The notes beneath the pieces are model-generated. The model had not been told where the DNA came from. It saw only the letters and a program-made list of their open reading frames with translations, and ran no database searches. A DNA stretch of 54,550 nucleotides from an uncultured virus (IMG/VR IMGVR_UViG_3300031951_000043) (Duplodnaviria; Heunggongvirae; Uroviricota; Caudoviricetes), in IMG/VR virus record IMGVR_UViG_3300031951_000043. The stretch is one strand, 5' to 3'. Numbering within the stretch: position 1 is the stretch's first letter; each line of letters begins with the position of its first letter. A program made the translations under genes and the position numbers. This document shows, piece by piece, positions 27,703 through 34,988 of the stretch.

Positions 27703-28952
27703 TTAAATTATTGATTTATAAAATTCCGCTCTGTTTTTAGTAACAATTGATAATTCATATTTATCTTTGACTGTTTCATAAAGTCTTTCACCAAGGTCTT
27801 TAGCCCAATTTGGATTTTGAATAAGTTTCTTCATGTACTTTGCCCAATCACCATGATTTCTATTTTCATTTACCAAAAGTGCATTACCATCAACAAATTT
27901 ACCATTTTCCAATGCATGGGTCAAGTCAATGGTATATGGACCAACATCTGAAGCTATAATTGCTTTCTTATAGAAACCCGCTTCAATAACTTTAAGCTGC
28001 GATTTCATTCGATTAAACATATGATTCATAATTGGTGCTAAGGATACATCAAATTTTGTATAATTCTTTGCATATGATGTTATTGGTCGGGTCCAAACTC
28101 TTTCATATGGTTCATTCTTAAATTTAGTTGTATCAAATTCAACAAATTTATCCAATTCTTTTTTATATTCCGGTGAAACCAAATTGTATTTATTTGTAAA
28201 AATTTCTTCATATTTAACCCACACCGTTTCATGTGGTTTAATTGGTCTTTTCTTTTGTTCACCAGTTTGCTGATTAATTTCAGTTATTTCACCTCTAGTA
28301 TCAAAACCACAAAGGAAAACTTTCATTTTATCTTTTTCTGATGAAAGTGCGTTAAATGTACCATCCAACAATTTTAAATCATGTAAGTGAGATGAACCAC
28401 CTAACCAACCAAAACGAAGTCTCTCATCTTCTTCTGTAACACCTTTAAATTGTTCTGTTTTTGTATCAATTGCATTTGGAAATACAACAACATCATTATG
28501 GAATTTTCTTATTTGGTCAGCAAAAATTTCTGTTGTTGTTGTAATATATTTTGCATATCTAAGACTTTCAATAATCTTCTCATTAATTTTATGTTGTACA
28601 ATTACCGAATGCAAAGGATGTTCTTTTGTGGGTAACCAATAATCATCGATATCTGCAATCGTGATAATACCCATATTGTTAAGCATTTTAACAATTTCTG
28701 GAGACCTATCATAATCTCTACCAATACTTCGATGGTAGTGAACAATTTGATATTGCTTCCAATAATTTAAATTATCAACTTGTGGGTCGTAATCGATATC
28801 CACATGAAAATCATCCGGATACATGTTTTGTAACATTATGTGGGGGTCTACTGATCTGTAGGAACCTAACCAACCCCCGAACGGTCAGATGGGAGTACTA
28901 AGACTCGAATCTTTTCACGACCGTTAAGGGGCGAAATTTGTGTGTTTGTCAT
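27703..28952 (-). CDS. GT-B (GT4-like) glycosyltransferase whose reading frame is interrupted at 28864-28871 (recoded or frameshifted)
   Basis: ATG 28952 encodes MTNTQISPLNGREKIRVLVLPSDRSGVG then TAG. The second frame continues GSYRSVDPHIMLQ into the 377 aa ORF with ADIDDYW, FGWLGGSSH..DL and KSQLKVIEAG. Confidence 0.75.
28842..28932 (-). promoter_or_regulatory. GC-rich mRNA stem-loops flanking the premature UAG (putative recoding signal)
   Basis: GCCCCU-U-AACGGUC pairs with GACCGUU-C-GGGGGU (inner stems AGAU/AUCU and GAGU/ACUC). It is followed by UGGU-UAG[GUUC]CUA-cag-AUCA. An alternative pairing GGGGGU/ACCCCC is also possible. Confidence 0.6.
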
Positions 28953-29038
28953 CTTTATCTATAAGATATAGTAATAATTTATTGTTTTTATAAATTATAA
29001 TCAAAATTTTTGATTAGTTCAAGTTTTTTATAATTTAT

Positions 29039-29268
29039 TTTTTTAAACCAATAGAATATTTATAATTATGAAAAAGATAAAATTAACAGAATCAGATTTA
29101 TATAGAATTGTTAGAAAGGTTCTTCTTGAGCAAGAGGAAGAAAAGAGAAGTTTTACATTTTCTCCGGGAACATTTGCGTCTTTTATAACATCATCATCAG
29201 GTGAAAGATTTGTTAAACATCTTAATAACAAATATGATGAGGTTATTATTAATGGTGATTTGGATTTA
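29039..29268 (+). repeat. dispersed direct repeat, copy 1 (promoter plus 5' part of LRR gene)
   Basis: Aligns without gaps to 54321-54550 (roughly 90% identical by eye); a more diverged copy lies at about 2611-2810. Confidence 0.9.
29056..29064 (+). promoter_or_regulatory. ATATTTAT(A) putative late promoter (representative copy)
   Basis: Same 8-mer in sense orientation upstream of genes at 1441(+), 3513(+), 7949(-), 7989(+), 12501(-), 18393(-), 25616(+), 32823(-), 32841(+), 41679(+), 42570(+), 50918(-), 54338(+). Confidence 0.65.
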
Positions 29269-29829
29269 GATGGAACACCAATTCAATCCTTACCTGATAA
29301 TCTTCATGTTGGTGGGGATTTGAATTTATATGGAACACCAATTCAATCCTTACCGGATAATCTTTATGTTGGGAGAAATTTGGATTTAAGAGGAACACCA
29401 ATTCAATCCTTACCGGATAATCTTTATGTTGGGAGAAATTTGGATTTACAAGGAACACCAATTCAATACTTACCGGATAATCTTCATGTTGGGGGAAGTT
29501 TGTGGTTAAATGGAACACCAATTCAATACTTACCGGATAATCTTCATGTTGAGGGAAGTTTGGATTTAAGAGGAACACCAATTCAATCCTTACCGGATAA
29601 TCTTTATGTTGGGGGATATTTGAATTTACATGAAACACAAATTCAATCCTTACCGGATAATCTTTATGTTGGGGGATATTTGAATTTACATGAAACACAA
29701 ATTCAATCCTTACCGGATAATCTTTATGTTGGGGGGACAATTTATATTAATGGAATACCTTTAAATGATAATGATAAGTTGGTTGCAAAATATAAAGAAA
29801 AATATAGAATTGATAGAGCACTTATTTAA
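29068..29829 (+). CDS. leucine-rich repeat protein (20-aa repeats) with IKLTESDL leader
   Basis: Repeat unit LDLxGTPIQSLPDNLxVGGx; plus-strand insert within a minus-strand operon. Confidence 0.9.
   Translation: MKKIKLTESDLYRIVRKVLLEQEEEKRSFTFSPGTFASFITSSSGERFVKHLNNKYDEVIINGDLDLDGTPIQSLPDNLHVGGDLNLYGTPIQSLPDNLYVGRNLDLRGTPIQSLPDNLYVGRNLDLQGTPIQYLPDNLHVGGSLWLNGTPIQYLPDNLHVEGSLDLRGTPIQSLPDNLYVGGYLNLHETQIQSLPDNLYVGGYLNLHETQIQSLPDNLYVGGTIYINGIPLNDNDKLVAKYKEKYRIDRALI
29251..29760 (+). repeat. tandem 60-bp repeat, about 8.5 units
   Basis: attcaatccttaccggataatctttatgttgg...ggaacacca recurs every 60 nt. Confidence 0.95.
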
Positions 29830-30409
29830 CCTTCTTAGCCTTTGTAATTTTACCCTCAAAAATTGTTTTACCAACTTTGAACTGGATAGTTTCATTTACT
29901 TTTGATGTATTTTCAATCAATAACCCATTTTCCTCTAAAAGTTCTTCAAATACTTCGCGCATCATTGACTTTAATTCATTTTTATTCGGTAATGATGTAA
30001 TTTGTTTTGATTGAACATTAGACGGAGTTTCTTGTCGTTTTGTACCCATCAATCTGCTAGCTTTCTCAACTAATTCATCAGATAGTGCTGTTGTTGGTGG
30101 TTGCGGTTGCTGAATGGGGTGTTCAATCATTAATTTCTTAATTTCATCTGGAAGTCTTGAATTTAAAATTCTATCCTTAACAGGAACCGCTGAATTAATT
30201 GGTTTTGGTTTTACTTGCTGTTCTGAAAGATATTCCTGTGGGATATTATATTTAACATCGGGAACTTCAAAATCGTCAACCTGAGGTCTTTCTACATTTA
30301 TTCTAGTATTTTCACTTATTCCTATATCACTAGTCTGACCTCTAGGAATTTTATTGTGTTTATCCATTATTTTTTTGGATATCATTAGTTTTTCAATAAG
30401 TGCGTCCAT
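29822..30409 (-). CDS. hypothetical protein (195 aa)
   Basis: ORF in the minus-strand operon. Confidence 0.75.
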   Translation of the reverse strand: MDALIEKLMISKKIMDKHNKIPRGQTSDIGISENTRINVERPQVDDFEVPDVKYNIPQEYLSEQQVKPKPINSAVPVKDRILNSRLPDEIKKLMIEHPIQQPQPPTTALSDELVEKASRLMGTKRQETPSNVQSKQITSLPNKNELKSMMREVFEELLEENGLLIENTSKVNETIQFKVGKTIFEGKITKAKKVK

Positions 30410-30414
30410 AGTTT

Positions 30415-31218
30415 TTAGAATTTAGCATTAATAATAAGACGATTCATGGATTTGTCACCAGTTCTGTTATAATTTGGTCTAACTTCATTAAATTTTTCAT
30501 CGGTAGGGATGTAAGTCATGATTTTATCAACCCTAAATAAACGCCAACCCGGAAGTGGTTGTGTACCCAAAAAATCTGTGTGTGATGCACCCAAAAAGTC
30601 CCAAGCTCTTAATACTTGATTACCAGCTTTTGAGTAACCAAAAGCAACAGGTTCAATTTCTCTATTACCTTTACCTCCGGGTTCATCACCATCATAATAC
30701 ATGACCGTAATTCGTTTATTTTTTATCGAATCCATAATCGAATCAATTTTATTTCCAGTTTTTGGAACATCAGTTGGTATTTCTGGTTCATATTCGTCTG
30801 GTCTAAAATTCTTGATTATAAGTTTAATCGCATCATCGGTATAACCAGCAGATTTTAAATCACCAACTAAATCTTCAGATGGTTCATATTTTCTTTTGAA
30901 TGTTGTTGTATTAATTAATTCTTTTGCAACAGCATCCATAAGATTTTTATCCATACCCGTATTTTTAAGTATGGATGCGGTAATTTTACCAAACTCTTGA
31001 ACAGTAATTCGCCCTTCTTTTATTGCGTCAATAAGTTCTTGACCTGTTTTAGCGACAACTGGATTACCTTCAGAATCTACGTAGGTAATACGTTTAAATC
31101 TTGAAACAGAATCTAATGCATTTTTGACAATATCATCGCTAACCCCCGCAAAAACATCTTCTCTTGCAGGAATTAATTGTTCAATAATTAAACCGGTTAG
31201 CGATTCAAGTAATCTCAT
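30415..31218 (-). CDS. WYL-domain protein
   Basis: C-terminal ITVMYY...REIEPVAFG...LRAWD...WRLFRVDKI; no HTH evident. Confidence 0.75.
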   Translation of the reverse strand: MRLLESLTGLIIEQLIPAREDVFAGVSDDIVKNALDSVSRFKRITYVDSEGNPVVAKTGQELIDAIKEGRITVQEFGKITASILKNTGMDKNLMDAVAKELINTTTFKRKYEPSEDLVGDLKSAGYTDDAIKLIIKNFRPDEYEPEIPTDVPKTGNKIDSIMDSIKNKRITVMYYDGDEPGGKGNREIEPVAFGYSKAGNQVLRAWDFLGASHTDFLGTQPLPGWRLFRVDKIMTYIPTDEKFNEVRPNYNRTGDKSMNRLIINAKF

Positions 31219-31511
31219 TGTCCAAAATCAGGATATGGCTTATTGTTGCTGTATTTATTAAATTTTAAATCACCAATTCTTTCGACATTATCTGTTAAAT
31301 TACCTGCGGCTGTGTTATAAACATCTAAATCACCACCGGTACCTTTACCTTTTTCATCTCCGTCAGCAAGAGCATTTGGATTAACATCCGAATATTCGTT
31401 CGTTTTCTTATAGTCGTTCTTTGGGAACAATTTTGCCCTTTCAGCTTCAGCTATCTTTGAAAGGTTATTATTTTCTATTTGATTTGTATCAATTGGTTCT
31501 AAGTTTGCCAT
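31215..31511 (-). CDS. hypothetical protein (98 aa)
   Basis: Coupled ORF. Confidence 0.75.
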   Translation of the reverse strand: MANLEPIDTNQIENNNLSKIAEAERAKLFPKNDYKKTNEYSDVNPNALADGDEKGKGTGGDLDVYNTAAGNLTDNVERIGDLKFNKYSNNKPYPDFGQ

Positions 31512-31972
31512 TATAGTAATTTTTTCATTAAATCATTTATTCTTTTTAGACTTTCAGTAACCTGATTATCAAATTTTTGAATCATTTTACTGTTATTTGC
31601 ATCGACTTTTGCAATGTTAGGAACAATGTCGATAAATTCACTATTATCAACAGTATATTCTTTTTTTCTATCTTGTGTTGTTTTTAGAGATTCTCTTGAC
31701 GAACCTAATGTTTGTTCAATCCAATTTTTAACTTTGTCTCCACCATTTAATACATAGGGAACATCTTCTTTTCTTCCTTGGTATTTATCGAACCAATTTT
31801 TCATTCTTTTCAATTGCTGATACGTAATTGAATTAGTATTTTGTAGTTCTTGGTTTCTTCTATAACCTTCAATATTAGAATCTGCATCAGGACAAAGACG
31901 GAAGCACACTTTTAAATGTTGTCGAAGATAGTCAGGAAATGGATATTTTTTACCATATAAATTACTGTTCAT
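31511..31972 (-). CDS. hypothetical protein (153 aa)
   Basis: Coupled ORF. Confidence 0.75.
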   Translation of the reverse strand: MNSNLYGKKYPFPDYLRQHLKVCFRLCPDADSNIEGYRRNQELQNTNSITYQQLKRMKNWFDKYQGRKEDVPYVLNGGDKVKNWIEQTLGSSRESLKTTQDRKKEYTVDNSEFIDIVPNIAKVDANNSKMIQKFDNQVTESLKRINDLMKKLL

Positions 31973-32807
31973 TTTTAAGTAAATTAAGTAACTCTTTTAT
32001 TGATAAACCCTCTCTATTAGCCATTTTCTTTAAAGACTTCATATTCTTCATAAGAATTTTGCTAGCAGTTTTTTGTTCTTTAGGTCTTACATCATAATCA
32101 TCAACATATTTTTTAGTTAAGATGTCTTCAACCATTTTAACCATTTTTTCTTTTTGTTTTTCAGAAAGTGTCATTCTATCCACAAAACCTTCTTTATTTT
32201 TTATGCTATTAGGAGCTTTTTTTGTTTTATTACCCGAAGGGTCTTTACCAAATTGTTTTGTTCTTTTTTTAGCTTCATCTGATTCTAAACCCATTTTTTC
32301 TAAATGTTTTTTAGTTTGTTTACCACTCATATTTTTTGTTTCATCATATCCGAAAGCATCTGAAAAATCGGTTTCCGTTATTTCGCCCTCATTATAATAT
32401 GTTCTAAATCCTCGAAGAAGTGGATCATTTGTTTGTCTTGTTGCTGGAATTGTCTGATCAGTTGTTTTTCTTGGATGTTGTGTTAAATCCAAAATAGGAA
32501 TTTTTGAAGAAGATAATGTCCCATCCGCATTTATAAATTCTTCAAGCTCATGTTTATCTTTTATTTTAATTAATTCAAATTTTTTCTTAATGTCGTCTTT
32601 TGAATATTTTTTCTTTGATTTAGCGATTTCATATATTAATGATTTAATTTTTGGTAAATCTGAGGTTGGAAAATCGATTTTTACATCATTTTTTCTAGCC
32701 TCACTTATTGTCGTCTCAACAGAAAAATATAAAGAAATTCTTTCTTTATTCTCTTTTAAGAAGAAATAATAAGGTTTTATAAAATATTCTTTGTTTGTAT
32801 GAATCAT
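31962..32807 (-). CDS. hypothetical protein (281 aa)
   Basis: ORF after the ATATTTAT motif. Confidence 0.75.
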   Translation of the reverse strand: MIHTNKEYFIKPYYFFLKENKERISLYFSVETTISEARKNDVKIDFPTSDLPKIKSLIYEIAKSKKKYSKDDIKKKFELIKIKDKHELEEFINADGTLSSSKIPILDLTQHPRKTTDQTIPATRQTNDPLLRGFRTYYNEGEITETDFSDAFGYDETKNMSGKQTKKHLEKMGLESDEAKKRTKQFGKDPSGNKTKKAPNSIKNKEGFVDRMTLSEKQKEKMVKMVEDILTKKYVDDYDVRPKEQKTASKILMKNMKSLKKMANREGLSIKELLNLLKNEQ

Positions 32808-32875
32808 TTTTCTTTTTAATTAATAAATATCATTCACTTTATATTTATCTATAAATACAAGAAAAAACACTAAAT

Positions 32876-34741
32876 ATGGCACAACAAAATATAAATCAAC
32901 ACGTTTTTGATAAATTTTATTTATCGCCAATTAATGGAAATATGGATTTAAGTTTAGCGACAAATAATAATTATAATGAAGAGATTATATTTTCAAATGA
33001 AGTAATTGCATATCTTGATGGTAATAGACTTCCATTACAATTCGATATTAATGATTTGGATTCTAACCCAGAATATACATTAATTTATAAACAATATAAT
33101 CCAAATAATGTGTTATTATCAACAAATTATTGGAATCCAAATAATTTGGTTTTAACTTGTTCTACCATGTTTAACTTATGTGATATTGGTTTAACTGGAA
33201 CAGATAATGGTTTGGTTGACCAAATGACCGGAGAAACAATAACCGTAACAAATGGTTTATTGCCGGATGTTGATAAATTTAATAGGTTAATGTTTGACAG
33301 AAGAATGAAATTGTTTCAGGTAACAGGATATACTAGTTCACGAAATGAAAGATTTTCTGGCTATTCTGCGACAACATTATATGAGGTGGTTTCAAAGACA
33401 GGTACAACTGAAGGAGTTTATCATGAGCTTTATGGTGGTTTCTATCAAGGATTTTATAAACTATTTGGTTATGATTATCAAACAATGCCAACTAGAATGC
33501 CTAAAGGATGGACGGTTGAGTTGATGTTAAAACCTCGACTATACCCCGAATATTTTCCATCTAGTGGGGAAACAACTCTCAATGGGTATTATCCTGAAAA
33601 TAGTAATATGTTTTTTTATATGGGGACTAGAGCAGAAAATAAATATTATCATTATGCGGATGGTTCTCCTGTGTCAGATTCCGGGTATACTAGAGCAACA
33701 TCTGGTTTAACTTGTTTAAAAACCTGTGCTTGCTCAAATACTGCGGTAACAAATTCTGATTGTATTGAAGTTTATCCACCATCAGCGGTAACTGTTGACC
33801 ATTCTTATGGTGGTTGTGGTTACTATAATGAAGTTGTTTTAGAACCGGAATTAGACCCCGCATGGGATAGTATATCAAATGCAATTTCGCTGAAGTTTTG
33901 TGGCAATTTATCAAATCCTAAACTCGGTGTTAAGGTATTAAGGTTCGTTGGGGATTGTGTTGTTACCGGAAGTTGTGAAACTACTGGTACTACATATACA
34001 ACAGGATACACCGTTACAGAATATTGTTCCCCAAATGGAATTTATGATATTTGTCCATCGGGTAGTTCTTTTGTACAGGTAGAACATTGGGTACAAATTG
34101 ATGTTGTCTTTGAAAGGAATGCTTGGATGGATGAATGTGATTTAATTTATAAAGGAGGATTGGGTTCAATAACAAAATTTGAATATTTAGATTCACTTTT
34201 AGATAATTCTGTAGCGTTGGTTTCACCACCTATAACTCATCAACAAACAACCCCAGAACAAATAGAAATTGTAAAGTTAAATGAAGAATGGTTGCTTGAG
34301 AAGAAGTATAGAATGGGAACCTTAAAGTTTTATGTAAATGGTAAATTATTCTACACAATAGAAGATTTTGAAGAAATAATCCCAAGAGGTGAAAATACTA
34401 GGAAAGAAAGACAAATCGGTGTACCGTTTAATATATCGGTTGGGGGCGGCACTCAAGGATTACACGAAGCATTAATTTTTACTGGGTGTGTAACTGGTTT
34501 AACAACAACATATAAACAAGACCCAGAATTAGTACCTAACCAAATTTTAAGTGCGACAACATTATCTGGGTTATCAACAAATATTTTAATTGAACCCAAT
34601 TTTGCGGGTAATTTTGAAGGAGCAATTGCTCAATTTAGAATGTATATAGAACCATTAAGTGCTGCACAAATCCAACATAATTTTAGAATTTTAAAAGATA
34701 AGTTTTTACTATTCGATTATTTTTGCGATACTTGTAATTGA
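32876..34741 (+). CDS. putative structural protein with a LamG/concanavalin-like fold interrupted by a Cys/Thr-rich insert
   Basis: GWTVELMLKP, LKFYVNGK, FEGAIAQFRMYIEPLSAAQI. Confidence 0.6.
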   Translation: MAQQNINQHVFDKFYLSPINGNMDLSLATNNNYNEEIIFSNEVIAYLDGNRLPLQFDINDLDSNPEYTLIYKQYNPNNVLLSTNYWNPNNLVLTCSTMFNLCDIGLTGTDNGLVDQMTGETITVTNGLLPDVDKFNRLMFDRRMKLFQVTGYTSSRNERFSGYSATTLYEVVSKTGTTEGVYHELYGGFYQGFYKLFGYDYQTMPTRMPKGWTVELMLKPRLYPEYFPSSGETTLNGYYPENSNMFFYMGTRAENKYYHYADGSPVSDSGYTRATSGLTCLKTCACSNTAVTNSDCIEVYPPSAVTVDHSYGGCGYYNEVVLEPELDPAWDSISNAISLKFCGNLSNPKLGVKVLRFVGDCVVTGSCETTGTTYTTGYTVTEYCSPNGIYDICPSGSSFVQVEHWVQIDVVFERNAWMDECDLIYKGGLGSITKFEYLDSLLDNSVALVSPPITHQQTTPEQIEIVKLNEEWLLEKKYRMGTLKFYVNGKLFYTIEDFEEIIPRGENTRKERQIGVPFNISVGGGTQGLHEALIFTGCVTGLTTTYKQDPELVPNQILSATTLSGLSTNILIEPNFAGNFEGAIAQFRMYIEPLSAAQIQHNFRILKDKFLLFDYFCDTCN

Positions 34742-34754
34742 TATCATTATTAAA

Positions 34755-34937
34755 ATGAGTTTTAACAAAAAAATTATTACTAAAGAAAAATTAATTGAAG
34801 CTCTTAATAGTGAGATTTCATTAGAGAAATTTTTTTCTGCGGATTCAATAGTTTTTAAAGATGATTTATCTCATTATGCTTTTGGGTTATTTAAAGAAGG
34901 ATTCTCAAAAGAAGAAATTTTTAAAAAAATCTTGTAA
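34755..34937 (+). CDS. hypothetical protein (60 aa)
   Basis: ORF filling the intergenic gap. Confidence 0.6.
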   Translation: MSFNKKIITKEKLIEALNSEISLEKFFSADSIVFKDDLSHYAFGLFKEGFSKEEIFKKIL

Positions 34938-34954
34938 ATAGTTGATTACTACGT

Positions 34955-34984
34955 ATTATGAGTTAGTTTTAAATAACTCATAAT
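34955..34984. promoter_or_regulatory. perfect 11-bp inverted repeat upstream of the glycosylation operon
   Basis: attatgagtta-gttttaaa-taactcataat, ending 4 nt before ATG 34989. Confidence 0.55.
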
Positions 34985-34988
34985 TCAC

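Noticed and set aside
28866..28868. Genome-wide TAG reassignment (genetic code 15) as the explanation for the broken glycosyltransferase
   Set aside because: Reading through TAG stays in the wrong frame and reaches TAA within ten codons, and the other genes are intact under code 11.
28866..28870. GTTAG as a GT-AG spliceosomal intron or a group I intron
   Set aside because: Removing it restores the frame, but 5 nt is far too short for either mechanism and the context is a bacteriophage.
29039..29268. Repeat pair with 54321-54550 as the template and variable repeats of a diversity-generating retroelement
   Set aside because: Differences are not confined to adenines, both copies include a promoter and start codon, and no reverse transcriptase lies in the window.
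29249..29740. 163-aa antisense repeat ORF, and the antisense ORFs at 29043 and 54325
   Set aside because: Shadows of the LRR gene and its duplicated 5' end.
29251..29760. 60-bp periodic array as a CRISPR array
   Set aside because: There are no unique spacers, the period is exactly 20 codons inside an open LRR gene, and no cas genes are present.
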